Below are positions 27,325 through 37,276 of a stretch of DNA of 64,000 nt, piece after piece. The stretch comes from an uncultured Gammaproteobacteria bacterium. Its GTDB lineage: Bacteria > Patescibacteriota > Microgenomatia > Levybacterales > JACOYD01. The position numbers and the translations under genes are program-made. The stretch lies in the NCBI GenBank assembly GCA_964445095.1, contig CAYUJR010000002.1:5176-69175 (forward strand). The letters are read 5' to 3'. Every line of letters starts with the position of its first letter. Position 1 is the first letter of the stretch. A model generated the notes under the pieces. It made no database searches. It was not told where the DNA came from and saw nothing but the letters and a program-made list of their open reading frames with translations.

Positions 27325-28374
27325 ATGAAGATTCTAATAACCGGTGGACATTTAGCGCCTTTACTGGCAGTATTGGAGGAGTTACCTAAAGAAGCTCAAG
27401 TGCTGTTGGTGGGTAGAAAACATGCTTTTGAGGGAGATAAAAGTCTTTCTTTAGAATTTCAAATAACTAGGAAGCTCAAAATTCCTTTTCAGGAAATTAC
27501 CACCGGCAGGCTGCAGCGGACATTCACCAAATATACAATTCAATCATTGCTCAAATTTCCCTGGGGTTTTTGGCAAGCCTGGGGAATAATTAAAAAATAT
27601 CAACCCGACGTCATTCTTTCTTTCGGCGGCTATATTTCTCTGCCGGTGGTATTAGCAGGAGCAATACTGCGAATACCAATCGTAGTGCATGAACAGACGC
27701 TTAGTGCGGGTTTGGCTAACAAAATCGCCTCACTTTGGGCCCATAAGATATGCATTTCCTGGGAGGAAAGCAAAAAATATTTTCCAACTGCAAAAACAGT
27801 TTTAATCGGTAATCCGGTTAGAAGTTTTAAAATTGACAAACTCCCCTTTAAAATTTCCGACGAGGCTCTACCCCTGCTCTATATTACCGGTGGAAGTACA
27901 GGCTCACACGCTTTAAATAACCTCGTTGCTAAAAACCTGGAGAAGCTGGTGACAAAATTTCGCATTATTCATCAAATTGGAGGCAGTTGGGATTTTAAAT
28001 CAAGAAAGAGATATTTATCTATAAAATTTATTAATCCATCGGATGTGGGGATAATTATTAGCAGAGCAGATTTGATAATTAGTCGAGCGGGGATTAATAC
28101 CATTAGCGAGTTGCTGTTCTTTAAAAAACCCGCTCTGCTGCTTCCCCTCAATAAAGAACAAATAGAAAATGCCTTATTTTTTAAAAAATTAGGACTGGGA
28201 GAAATTTTAGCGGGAGGAAATATTTCCAGTAAAGACTTTTATAATGCTATCATTCTAATGATGGAAAACTATAATAAATATAAAATAAATAAAAATGTGA
28301 CAGAACTAATCCGATCGGATGCCAGTAAAAATTTAGTTGCTATTATTTATGAAGTCTGTAAGCAGAAATATTAA
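27325..28374 (+). CDS. murG: Lipid II synthase MurG (UDP-GlcNAc:MurNAc-pentapeptide-undecaprenol GlcNAc transferase)
   Basis: MKILITGGH...GG start and a GT28 C-domain. Lies between ftsW and ftsA. Confidence 0.85.
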   Translation: MKILITGGHLAPLLAVLEELPKEAQVLLVGRKHAFEGDKSLSLEFQITRKLKIPFQEITTGRLQRTFTKYTIQSLLKFPWGFWQAWGIIKKYQPDVILSFGGYISLPVVLAGAILRIPIVVHEQTLSAGLANKIASLWAHKICISWEESKKYFPTAKTVLIGNPVRSFKIDKLPFKISDEALPLLYITGGSTGSHALNNLVAKNLEKLVTKFRIIHQIGGSWDFKSRKRYLSIKFINPSDVGIIISRADLIISRAGINTISELLFFKKPALLLPLNKEQIENALFFKKLGLGEILAGGNISSKDFYNAIILMMENYNKYKINKNVTELIRSDASKNLVAIIYEVCKQKY

Positions 28375-28756
28375 TGGTAAATCAAGAAGGCGCCTATTTA
28401 TAGCGATAGCTCTGGTAATTATTTTTTTGACGCTTACGGCTGTAGGTTTTTTAAAAAATTGGAGCTTACCGTCTTTTTCCAGCGAAACAGTCACGCCGCT
28501 ACCCGCAATTGATCCGATTAATCAATTAACCAATTTGCTGTCGGAAAAAAATATCCCGGTTAGCTTTCCCCTGATAGCCACCGGTTCCGGAATTTTAGCT
28601 CGACTGACAGATGGAGGCGAAGTTTATCTATCAATTAATAAAGATTTTACTTCCCAAGTTGAGACTTTACAGATAATGTTGGCTCGTTTTAAAATAGAAG
28701 GCAAACAAATGAAAAAAATAGATCTTCGCTGGGCACAGCCAATTGTGGTATACTAA
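28337..28756 (+). CDS. Short FtsQ/DivIB-like bitopic division protein
   Basis: Basic N-terminus and TM helix (RRRLFIAIALVIIFL), small extracytoplasmic domain ending IDLRWAQPIVVY. Lies between murG and ftsA. Confidence 0.45.
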   Translation: MLLFMKSVSRNINGKSRRRLFIAIALVIIFLTLTAVGFLKNWSLPSFSSETVTPLPAIDPINQLTNLLSEKNIPVSFPLIATGSGILARLTDGGEVYLSINKDFTSQVETLQIMLARFKIEGKQMKKIDLRWAQPIVVY

Positions 28757-28761
28757 AAAAG

Positions 28762-30078
28762 ATGACTAAACCTACGCAAATTGTGGTGGGGATAGACGTG
28801 GGCACAAGTAAGATTGTGACTATGGTAGCTGGTTTTACCTCTGATAATGCTCCTTGGGTCAATGTTCTAGGAGTTGCCAGCGCCCCTGCAGACGGCATAA
28901 AAAGCGGACAAATTGTCGATATCAATAGTGCGGTGACTGTTATTAATGCGTCTCTTGAGGCAGCCGAGAGAATGGCCGGACACTCTGCTTCTCATGCAGT
29001 AGTTTCTATCAGCGGCAAGCACATAGAAAGTCAAAATTCACGGGGGGTAGTGGCAGTGTCTAGCCCAGAGCGAGAAATTTCTCAAAATGATATTACCAGG
29101 GTTTTGGAAGCGGCCAAAGCCATCTCTCTTCCCACCGCCCGAGAGGTTATCCATGTTATTCCCAGAATGTTTATTGTTGATGGCCAGGAGGGTATTAAAG
29201 ACCCAATTGGCATGACTGGAGTGAGACTAGAAGTTGATACTCATATTGTCAGCGCCAACTCCACCGCTCTTAATAACTTGGTTAAAGCTATCGAAGAGGT
29301 TGGGGTGGACGTGGATGATGTTATTTTTAGCGGTTACGGCTCAAGTCTGGCAGTGTTATCTCCTACCGAAAAAGATTTGGGAGTGGTGCTAGTAGATATC
29401 GGAGCAGGTACTACCGATATCTGTATTTTTATCGAAGGATCACTTTCTTACTCAAGCGTGTTGCCAATTGGGGCCCGTCATATCAGCAATGACTTGGCTA
29501 TTGGGCTGCGAATATCTTTTGAGTCGGCAGAAAAGATAAAATTATTTTTAACTCCTAAAAAGTCAAAAACAGTTTTAACTCCAGAAGATCCGGCAGAAAA
29601 AGAAGAAAAAACTATCAAAGAAGGAGACGAAATTGATTTAGCAGCGCTTGGGATGGCAGAAGAGATTAGAAAAGTTTCCAAGAAAACTTTAATTGAGGGA
29701 ATTATTAAACCTAGACTCAACGAAATTTTTACCATGGTGGGACTGGAAATCAAAAAAAGCGGTTTTGGAGGTCAAACCCCATCCGGGGTGGTGTTAACCG
29801 GAGGCGGAGCGCTGACCGTAGGTGCGCCAGAGGCTGCCAAGAAGATGTTGTCTATGCCGGTGCGGGTAGCTGTCCCGCAAGAGATGAACGGTTTAATTGA
29901 TGAGATAGAACATCCCAGTTTTGCTACCGCCGTGGGGTTGGTCAAATATGCCGGTATGGAGATTGATGAGCAAGCCGGTCTGCCCTTTGGCCTAGCCATG
30001 CCCAAAATTCCCTTTAACTTTCCCATGAAAAAGAGCTTTGGCAAAGTGATCGATTTTCTAAAATCCTTCCTACCATAA
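28762..30078 (+). CDS. ftsA: Cell division protein FtsA
   Basis: IVVGIDVGTSKIVTMV actin-fold phosphate-1 motif. 438 aa. Directly upstream of ftsZ. Confidence 0.9.
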   Translation: MTKPTQIVVGIDVGTSKIVTMVAGFTSDNAPWVNVLGVASAPADGIKSGQIVDINSAVTVINASLEAAERMAGHSASHAVVSISGKHIESQNSRGVVAVSSPEREISQNDITRVLEAAKAISLPTAREVIHVIPRMFIVDGQEGIKDPIGMTGVRLEVDTHIVSANSTALNNLVKAIEEVGVDVDDVIFSGYGSSLAVLSPTEKDLGVVLVDIGAGTTDICIFIEGSLSYSSVLPIGARHISNDLAIGLRISFESAEKIKLFLTPKKSKTVLTPEDPAEKEEKTIKEGDEIDLAALGMAEEIRKVSKKTLIEGIIKPRLNEIFTMVGLEIKKSGFGGQTPSGVVLTGGGALTVGAPEAAKKMLSMPVRVAVPQEMNGLIDEIEHPSFATAVGLVKYAGMEIDEQAGLPFGLAMPKIPFNFPMKKSFGKVIDFLKSFLP

Positions 30079-30130
30079 AAATTTTTATGGGGTTGCAAAG
30101 ATAAAAAACTTGTGGTAGGATGCGGGCAAG

Positions 30131-31228
30131 ATGCTGATTCGTCCTCAAACTCCCAATTTTGCCAAAATCCGCGTCATCGGAATTGGCGGCGGCGGCAATA
30201 ATGCCGTTACCTCGATGATTACCGTTAATCAAATCCAAGGAATTGAGTTTGTGACAGTAAATACCGATGCCCAAGCTCTCCTTATGTCTCAAGCCGCTAC
30301 TAAAGTACAAATTGGGGAAAACTTGACTAAAGGATTAGGCAGTGGCGGGGATCCCGAAATTGGACAAAAAGCAGCCGAGGAATCTGGAGAAAAATTAAAA
30401 GACCTAATTGCCGGTTCAGACATGGTTTTCTTGACTGCGGGGTTTGGTGGCGGTACCGGAACGGGAGCTACTCCAGTAATTGCCAAAATCGCCAAAGATG
30501 GGGGAGCGCTGACGGTGGCGGTCATTACCAAACCCTTTACTTTTGAGGGGACCAGACGCATGGTGGCGGCAGAAGAAGGTATAGAGAATTTAAAAGATAA
30601 AGTTGATACGTTAATTGTCATACCTAATCAGAGAATTCTAGATGTGGTAGACAAAAAAGTTTCATTGATAGAGGCCTTCCGAGTGGCCGATTCGGTGCTT
30701 GGGCAAGGGGTGCAGGGAATTTCTGACCTTATTACCATGCCGGGATTGGTCAACGTGGATTTTGCCGATGTCAGAACTATTATGAAAGATGCCGGTTCGG
30801 CTCTAATGGGAATTGGTACCGGCGTGGGAGAAAATAGAGCTCAAACTGCCGCCCGGAGCGCCATCGCTTCTCCTTTGCTGGAAGTCTCAATAGAAGGAGC
30901 TCGGGGAGTGTTATTTAATATTATCGGCGGACCGGATCTGACCATGAATGAAGTTGATGAAGCGGCCCGAATTATTTCAGAGAGTGCCGATCCCGATGCC
31001 AATATTATTTTTGGGACTACCATTGATGACACCATGCACGATCAGATAAAAATTACAGTGATTGCCACCGGTTTTGATCAGGCTAGGCAGCGACTAAAAG
31101 ATTTGTCTAAGCCTCTTGAAGCAACCAGAGTCCCCCAACCGCCAACATCAGTCGCTGAAGAAGAGATTGTTAAAAAGGAAGAAGAAGACATTTTCGACAT
31201 CCCAGCCTTCTTAAGACAGAGGAATTAA
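30131..31228 (+). CDS. ftsZ: Cell division GTPase FtsZ
   Basis: [10 protein letters not shown] tubulin signature and NTDAQAL motif. C-terminal DIPAFLR peptide. Confidence 0.95.
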   Translation: MLIRPQTPNFAKIRVIGIGGGGNNAVTSMITVNQIQGIEFVTVNTDAQALLMSQAATKVQIGENLTKGLGSGGDPEIGQKAAEESGEKLKDLIAGSDMVFLTAGFGGGTGTGATPVIAKIAKDGGALTVAVITKPFTFEGTRRMVAAEEGIENLKDKVDTLIVIPNQRILDVVDKKVSLIEAFRVADSVLGQGVQGISDLITMPGLVNVDFADVRTIMKDAGSALMGIGTGVGENRAQTAARSAIASPLLEVSIEGARGVLFNIIGGPDLTMNEVDEAARIISESADPDANIIFGTTIDDTMHDQIKITVIATGFDQARQRLKDLSKPLEATRVPQPPTSVAEEEIVKKEEEDIFDIPAFLRQRN

Positions 31229-31256
31229 ATAGCCTGCTGATATAGTCTCTGTTATA

Positions 31257-31856
31257 ATGCCGCTTATGTATATTTACTTTGAAGATTGGAGTGCTTTTAA
31301 GTGGATGCTTGGGGGAAAGGGTGTACCTAGAAGATTTATTGCAGATAGATTTATTAAGGCTATTGCTTCGGAAACTCACCCGCAAGACTTGGGATATAGC
31401 GGTGTGGTTTTGGAGTATGATGCAAATCCATTTAGGGCTGATTCGACATATGTAATTGGACCATCTGATAGCACGTTTACTTATAATGGACAAGAACTGG
31501 AAGAACAAATAGCAGCTTTAAGTTTAACGTATAATGAGAAAAACAGATTTCGGGCACTACTGCGTTTTGGATTCGATCAAAGATTAAAGTATGTTGAACA
31601 GGCAGTAACCACTGTAATTGGAGGAAGGCGATTAAAAGACCATCCGGTAGATACAGTAGATGTTCATTTAGATAAACGAACAGGTAGTAGGTTGCCGCAT
31701 TTTGATTTTTTTACAGAAGGAACTTTGGATAGGCTTAATAGAATAATAGGTTTTAGAGATAGGGAAAATATTTTGTTTTCTCCCCGTGAAGGTAGATTTT
31801 TTAGACAAGGAACTCCTCGAGCGCGGTTAGAAGGAAATAACATAATAAGAAGATAG
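31257..31856 (+). CDS. Hypothetical protein
   Basis: 199-aa ORF after ftsZ. No recognisable motif. Confidence 0.4.
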   Translation: MPLMYIYFEDWSAFKWMLGGKGVPRRFIADRFIKAIASETHPQDLGYSGVVLEYDANPFRADSTYVIGPSDSTFTYNGQELEEQIAALSLTYNEKNRFRALLRFGFDQRLKYVEQAVTTVIGGRRLKDHPVDTVDVHLDKRTGSRLPHFDFFTEGTLDRLNRIIGFRDRENILFSPREGRFFRQGTPRARLEGNNIIRR

Positions 31857-31880
31857 ATTTTTTTCTTAGCAATGAATAAC

Positions 31881-31912
31881 AAGGTCGGACCTTATGTCAA
31901 GGTCCGACCTTA
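31881..31912. repeat. REP-like hairpin repeat, copy 1 (13-bp stem, 5-nt loop)
   Basis: AAGGTCGGACCTT-ATGTC-AAGGTCCGACCTT followed by A. Identical to the copy at 32635-32666. Confidence 0.8.
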
Positions 31913-31941
31913 ATAATCTAAACTTTAATAACATAACGTAC

Positions 31942-32619
31942 TCACAATTCATCTTCCAGAATTAATTCGCCAAGTAGCTCTGTTGATTCTTGACTATAGT
32001 CTTCAACAAAGCTCTGATAAGATAGAACATCTTTTAAGCCTTTTAGTTGGGCATTACGGAAATAGCCAAGAATTTCCTGCGGTTTAATCCAGCTTGCTTC
32101 TTTCTTACCTAAATAATAGTGGTAACTTGAAAAATCTATAAAATCGATTGATGGACTAGAGATATTAATTGGATTAAGGTGGATGTATCGTGAAAGGTGA
32201 AGAAGATAAGATTCGGTTTCAATAAGCGCGGCTTTATATTTATTTTGAAAAAGAGAACCCACGCGTTGATATTTCTTATTGAAGTACATAGCGTAGCTAG
32301 TTAATACACGCCTCGTGAGTTTTATAATCCCATCTATAGTATGCTGTTTTATTTGTAAATGAATATGATTTGGCATAAGAGAAAACGCAAGAAGGTCTAC
32401 CTCGGATGATAAGTTTAATCTAATGAATCTTCTAAGACGCATATGAAGATCTGCTTGTTGTTTGATTTCTTCAACAGGAGAAAGATACAGCTTTAAATAA
32501 TAGAGGAATGTTGCGCAATCTTGCTTATCTATGAAGATTTGCCGTTTTTCTACGCCACGATTATAGATGTGATAATATCCATTCTCAACATATGTCTTAA
32601 CAGTATTTTTAGCAGGCAT
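31942..32619 (-). CDS. IS200/IS605-family Y1 (HUH) transposase, RAYT-like
   Basis: HUH motif (MPNHIHLQIK) and C-terminal catalytic-Tyr helix RYIHLNPINI (Y1_Tnp yixxNP pattern). Flanked by identical hairpins. Confidence 0.8.
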   Translation of the reverse strand: MPAKNTVKTYVENGYYHIYNRGVEKRQIFIDKQDCATFLYYLKLYLSPVEEIKQQADLHMRLRRFIRLNLSSEVDLLAFSLMPNHIHLQIKQHTIDGIIKLTRRVLTSYAMYFNKKYQRVGSLFQNKYKAALIETESYLLHLSRYIHLNPINISSPSIDFIDFSSYHYYLGKKEASWIKPQEILGYFRNAQLKGLKDVLSYQSFVEDYSQESTELLGELILEDEL

Positions 32620-32634
32620 ATCTTTATATTAATT

Positions 32635-32666
32635 AAGGTCGGACCTTATGTCAAGGTCCGACCTTA
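32635..32666. repeat. REP-like hairpin repeat, copy 2
   Basis: Exact 32-nt copy of 31881-31912 in the same orientation. Sits 16 nt upstream of the transposase start codon. Confidence 0.8.
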
Positions 32667-32717
32667 TTTGTTTGGCGGCTTGCGGGTTAGTTCGGTTTCT
32701 ATTACAATATAGTTTGT

Positions 32718-35534
32718 ATGTTTAAACCGGTGACGCCGCAAGTTGATTTTCCCAAGCTGGAAGAAGAAATACTGCAGTATTGGAAGAAAAATAAGATTTT
32801 TGAGAAATCACTTGCCAAAGATACTCCCAAAGGTAACTGGACTTTTTTAGATGGGCCGCCGTTTATTACCGGCCTTCCTCATTACGGCAGTCTTCTTTCA
32901 AGTATCCCCAAAGATTTATTTCCTCGTTACAAAACCATGCAAGGTTATCGAGTTAGACGAGTTTGGGGATGGGATTGCCATGGATTACCGGCCGAAAATA
33001 AAGTAGAGCAGGAACTGGGAATAAAAAGAAAGAGAGATATTGAAGAAAAAATTGGTATTAAAAAGTTTATCGAGTCCTGCAAGCTTTATGTTAAAAATGT
33101 TTCTTCCGAATGGCAATGGTACGTTAATCATGTGGGGAGATGGGTGGATTTTGAGAATGCTTATAAAACCATGGACTTATCATACATGGAAACGGTGATG
33201 TGGGTATTTAAGCAGATGTACGACAAAGGATTTATCTACAAAGGTCTTCGAGTACTCCTCTATTGTCCACATTGTGCGACGCCAATTTCCAATTTTGAGG
33301 TAGCTATGGATGCCGATAACTTTAAGGACTTATCCGATCCGTCCACAATTTATAAATATCAGCTAGCTGGTAAGCCAAAAACATATTTACTGGCTTGGTC
33401 AACCACGCCGTGGAACAAAATTGTAACCCCGGCTCTGGCTGTAAATCCTAAACTTACATATGCAAAAGTAAAACTGGGACAGGAAAATTATATTCTAGCT
33501 AAAACCACCCTGAAAATTTTGGGAAATGAAAAATATCAAGTTGTGGAGGAGTTTGGGGGTGAAAAACTGGTTGGTCAAAAATTTGTCCCCCATTACGACT
33601 ATTACAAAATTGATAAAGGTAAAAAAGCTTTTATAGTAGTCGGCGGCGACTTTGTAACTGCGGAAGAAGGAACTGGTATCGTCACGCTAGCCGTCTACGG
33701 CGAGGAAGATTTGGCCGTCATGCAAAAGGAAAACATACATATAGAAGTCCATCTCAATGAAGAAGGAATCGTTAAAAGTGAAGTGCCGAAATTTGGCGGT
33801 CTATATTATCTTAAGGCCAATGAAGCTGTCAACGAAGATCTTAAAGAAAGAAGATTAATTTATCGGGAAGAAGATTATATTCATACAGTTCCCACCTGCT
33901 GGCGATGCGGTACTAGGCTTTATTATGCGCCGCAAAACGCTTGGTATGTTGCCGTGCAAAAATTAAAAGTCCAAATGGAGAAAACTAATGAGTTCATTAA
34001 TTGGTTTCCTGAGCACTTTAAGCACGGACGTTTCTTAAAAAGTTTACAATCTGCCCCTGACTGGAATATTTCCAGAAACCGTTATTTTGGTTCGCCTGTC
34101 CCTGTTTGGGAATGTATGTGTGGTGAGCGTTTTGTGCCGGGGTCTATCAAAGAATTGGAAGAAAGAGCTGATCAAAAGATTACAGATTTGCATAAACCAC
34201 AGATTGACGAAATTACGATTACCTGTAAGAACTGTAGTAAAAAAGTAAAACGAGTACCGGAGGTTTTGGATAGCTGGATAGAGGCAGGAAGCGCTTCATT
34301 CGCCGAGCGCCACTTTCCATTTGAGAAGAAAATAAGATTGTCAGAATTTTTTCCGCCTGATTTTATTGTAGAATATACAGGGCAAATTCGTGCCTGGTTT
34401 TATGTTTTACATGTGATTGCCGCGGCTCTTTTAGACTCACATGCCTTTAAAAATGTTATTGTAACGGGTGTTATTTTGGGAACAGACGGAAGAAAGATGA
34501 GTAAAAACTACGGTAACTATCCGGATCCTCGGGAAATGCTTGGGAAATATGGCGGAGATGCGCTGCGTTTATATCTGATGGGTAGCCCGGTTATGAAAGG
34601 CGAGGATATTCTTATTTCGGAGGAACAATACAGAAATCAAGTACGAGGATTACTTTTAATTCTTTGGAATGTATACAATTTCTTTGTAGTTAATGCCAAT
34701 GCTGATAAATGGATACCGCCTTCTAATAATCAAAAATTTAAACCTATTCATGTTCTTGATCAGTGGATTTTATCTCGCCTTCATGGAAACGTCAGTAATG
34801 TTACTAAGGCGCTTGAAAGATTTGATACGGTTGATGCAATAGGTCATGCGGGAATCCTTTTTATTCACGATTTGTCAAACTGGTATGTGAGAAGAATTCG
34901 CGACCGGGTTGGACCAAGCGCACCTAATAGTCAAGACAAAAAAGATGCTTATCAAACTCTGTGGCTTGTTCTTAGTGAATATTGCAAAGTGCTTGCGCCC
35001 ATAATTCCCTTCGTTACGGAAGAAATCTATAAAAATCTGACTGGAGAAGAGTCAGTTCATCTTGCAAGCTGGCCTGCACTTAATAAGTCTTTACGTGATG
35101 TTAAGCTTGAAAAAGATATGAACAACGGGATAAATTTGGCTTCGGTTATTCACTCATTTCGTAAGACGGCGACTCTTAAAGTGCGGATTCCGCTGCAAAC
35201 ACTTACCTACGAAGGTCCTCAGCAATTATCAGATGAGGCAAGAAAGGTTGTTGAGGATGAAGTTAATGTGTATAAACTTATCTATCAGGGTAAAAGTAAA
35301 GAATATACGGTTACCGGTGATACAAGCGAGAAGAACCAAGATCTAGTTGCCGGAGAGGCTAGAGAAATTATCAGGCAAATTCAGCAAGAAAGAAAAAAGT
35401 TGGGAACTCGACTTGATGAAAAGGTTGATGTGTTTTTGCCCGACTGGCCAGAAGATTTTACAGAAGTTATTAAAAGTCAGGCTTTGGTTAAAAACATTGC
35501 CAAGGGAAACGAGTTTTTTGTTAAGCGGTTATGA
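32718..35534 (+). CDS. ileS: Isoleucyl-tRNA synthetase, type 2 (eukaryote-like)
   Basis: PPFITGLPHYGS (HIGH-region variant of type-2 IleS), WDCHGLP, KMSKNYGN (KMSKS). 938 aa. Confidence 0.92.
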   Translation: MFKPVTPQVDFPKLEEEILQYWKKNKIFEKSLAKDTPKGNWTFLDGPPFITGLPHYGSLLSSIPKDLFPRYKTMQGYRVRRVWGWDCHGLPAENKVEQELGIKRKRDIEEKIGIKKFIESCKLYVKNVSSEWQWYVNHVGRWVDFENAYKTMDLSYMETVMWVFKQMYDKGFIYKGLRVLLYCPHCATPISNFEVAMDADNFKDLSDPSTIYKYQLAGKPKTYLLAWSTTPWNKIVTPALAVNPKLTYAKVKLGQENYILAKTTLKILGNEKYQVVEEFGGEKLVGQKFVPHYDYYKIDKGKKAFIVVGGDFVTAEEGTGIVTLAVYGEEDLAVMQKENIHIEVHLNEEGIVKSEVPKFGGLYYLKANEAVNEDLKERRLIYREEDYIHTVPTCWRCGTRLYYAPQNAWYVAVQKLKVQMEKTNEFINWFPEHFKHGRFLKSLQSAPDWNISRNRYFGSPVPVWECMCGERFVPGSIKELEERADQKITDLHKPQIDEITITCKNCSKKVKRVPEVLDSWIEAGSASFAERHFPFEKKIRLSEFFPPDFIVEYTGQIRAWFYVLHVIAAALLDSHAFKNVIVTGVILGTDGRKMSKNYGNYPDPREMLGKYGGDALRLYLMGSPVMKGEDILISEEQYRNQVRGLLLILWNVYNFFVVNANADKWIPPSNNQKFKPIHVLDQWILSRLHGNVSNVTKALERFDTVDAIGHAGILFIHDLSNWYVRRIRDRVGPSAPNSQDKKDAYQTLWLVLSEYCKVLAPIIPFVTEEIYKNLTGEESVHLASWPALNKSLRDVKLEKDMNNGINLASVIHSFRKTATLKVRIPLQTLTYEGPQQLSDEARKVVEDEVNVYKLIYQGKSKEYTVTGDTSEKNQDLVAGEAREIIRQIQQERKKLGTRLDEKVDVFLPDWPEDFTEVIKSQALVKNIAKGNEFFVKRL

Positions 35535-36601
35535 GTCGAGTTTTAAAGTTTGACCTATTAATTCCCATTTTTATTCTCATCTTTTTTAGTCTAACGACTC
35601 TAGTTTCGCTTGATTTTGCTCTTTTTAGAAACCAACTAATCTTTACTTTTCTTGGCTTAATAGTTTTTTTCACCCTTTCTTTGATAGATTATAGAGTCCT
35701 TAAAAAATTAGCAAGTCCTATATTAATTTTTTCTTTAATTGCTCTTTATCTAGTTTTACTGATAGGAATTGAAGCTAGGGGGGCTACGCGGTGGCTCGCG
35801 ATAGGAGGATTGCGTCTTCAATTATCAGAAATTCTTAAGCCCTTTTTGCTGGTTAGCTTTGCCTCTTTTTTAATTCGTCAAAAACTTTTCTTCATGGCGT
35901 TTTTAGCGACTCTAGTAGTTATCGGCCTAGTTGTTCTGCCGATATTTTTTCAACCTGACCTAGGGAACACTTTGGTTTATATTTTTACCGCAGTCATTAT
36001 CTTTATTTTTTATGGGGTGCCTATTATTTGGTTTATGGCGCCCACTCTTGTTTTAGCTATCGCTTCACCAATTTTATGGCAGATATTACGCGACTATCAA
36101 AGAGAGAGGATTATATCTTTTATCAATCCAACTCTTGACCCCCAAGGCATTTCTTATAATTTAATTCAATCTGTGATAGCGATAGGCGGAGGACAATTTT
36201 TTGGCAAAGGATTAGGGCACGGCACACAATCTTTGCTGAAATTTCTACCCGAACGTCATACGGATTTTATTTTTAGCACAATTGCTGAAAATTTTGGTTT
36301 TGTGGGTGCCGTTATTGTAATTGCGGCATTCGTTTTTCTATTGTTTAGAATATATGATGCTTTAAATAAAGTTGATGACCAGTTTGGTAAGCTGATTTGC
36401 GGGGGCGTTTTCTCCTTTTTATTAGTACATTTTATTATTAATATAGGAGGTAATTTGGGAGTTTTACCGATTACCGGTATAACACTGCCTCTGGTTTCTT
36501 ATGGCGGAAGCTCCCTCTTGTCCACATTTATACTACTGGGGCTGGTTAGCTCTATAGCTAATTTGACAGCAAGAAGCCCTCAAGTACTGGAAATTCGCTA
36601 G
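35531..36601 (+). CDS. rodA: SEDS-family protein RodA (second SEDS paralogue)
   Basis: Polytopic, ending PLVSYGGSS. 4-nt overlap with ileS. Confidence 0.75.
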   Translation: MSRVLKFDLLIPIFILIFFSLTTLVSLDFALFRNQLIFTFLGLIVFFTLSLIDYRVLKKLASPILIFSLIALYLVLLIGIEARGATRWLAIGGLRLQLSEILKPFLLVSFASFLIRQKLFFMAFLATLVVIGLVVLPIFFQPDLGNTLVYIFTAVIIFIFYGVPIIWFMAPTLVLAIASPILWQILRDYQRERIISFINPTLDPQGISYNLIQSVIAIGGGQFFGKGLGHGTQSLLKFLPERHTDFIFSTIAENFGFVGAVIVIAAFVFLLFRIYDALNKVDDQFGKLICGGVFSFLLVHFIINIGGNLGVLPITGITLPLVSYGGSSLLSTFILLGLVSSIANLTARSPQVLEIR

Positions 36602-36625
36602 TTTTTCTGCTACAATTCATAAAAT

Positions 36626-36940
36626 ATGGATTACGCAGTCATCAAAACCGGTGGAAAACAGTATAAAGTCAGTGAGGGAGAAACGATTGAAGTAGATAAG
36701 TTAGCTGCTAGTAAAGATGGCGTGGTAAATTTTGACCAGGTCTTATTGGTAGTAAGAGAAAACAAAATAGAGATCGGCACTCCGACTGTGGCTGATGTGA
36801 CTGTTAAGGCTAAAGTGCTGGAACAGAAAAAAGGAGAAAAAATAAGAGTAGCCAAATTTAAATCTAAAGTCCGTTATCGCCGCGTCATGGGCTTCCGGTC
36901 ACTACTAACAAAAGTTAAAATTGAAAAAATCGGAAAGTGA
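36626..36940 (+). CDS. rplU: 50S ribosomal protein L21
   Basis: MDYAVIKTGGKQYKVSEGETIEV start, canonical for L21. Confidence 0.95.
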   Translation: MDYAVIKTGGKQYKVSEGETIEVDKLAASKDGVVNFDQVLLVVRENKIEIGTPTVADVTVKAKVLEQKKGEKIRVAKFKSKVRYRRVMGFRSLLTKVKIEKIGK

Positions 36941-37003
36941 TATATTTTGATAGTCTTGACTTATGTGAAAAGTCCTACTAAAATATGCTAGTTTTCACAA
37001 AAG

Positions 37004-37024
37004 TTTCAAATTTTAAATTTCAAT
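37004..37024 (+). repeat. Three heptamer units TTTCAAA-TTTTAAA-TTTCAAT abutting the rpmA ATG
   Basis: Same placement as at murB and glmS. Confidence 0.75.
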
Positions 37025-37276
37025 ATGGCACATACAAAAGCACAAGCAGCCACCAAGGGCAATAGAGATTCAATCTCTAAAAGATTGGGCGTCAAACTTT
37101 TTGGCGGACAAAAGACTTTTCCTGGTAATATCATCATCAGACAACGGGGAAGCAAAGTTCATCCCGGAGAGGGCGTAAGGATGGGGCGGGATTTTACCAT
37201 TTTTGCCGTCAAGGAAGGGCAGATTAATTTTAAAACACATCGTGGACGTGCATTCGTGGAGGTCATAAATGGATAA
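37025..37276 (+). CDS. rpmA: 50S ribosomal protein L27
   Basis: [16 protein letters not shown]...GGQ start, canonical for L27. Three heptamer units (TTTCAAA TTTTAAA TTTCAAT) abut the ATG. Confidence 0.95.
   Translation: MAHTKAQAATKGNRDSISKRLGVKLFGGQKTFPGNIIIRQRGSKVHPGEGVRMGRDFTIFAVKEGQINFKTHRGRAFVEVING

Larger units (their letters stand above)
31881..32666 (-). mobile_element. REPtron-like unit: Y1 transposase gene bracketed by identical palindromic repeats
   Basis: See the three component features. Lies between the ftsZ operon and ileS. Confidence 0.65.

Noticed and set aside
32521-32712. 63-aa + strand ORF spanning the transposase start and the right hairpin
   Set aside because: It overlaps the transposase 5' end and the repeat, with no RBS. 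It is an artefact of AT-rich sequence.
35347-35553. 68-aa ORF in another frame at the ileS 3' end
   Set aside because: Fully inside ileS and overlapping the rodA start. No support.
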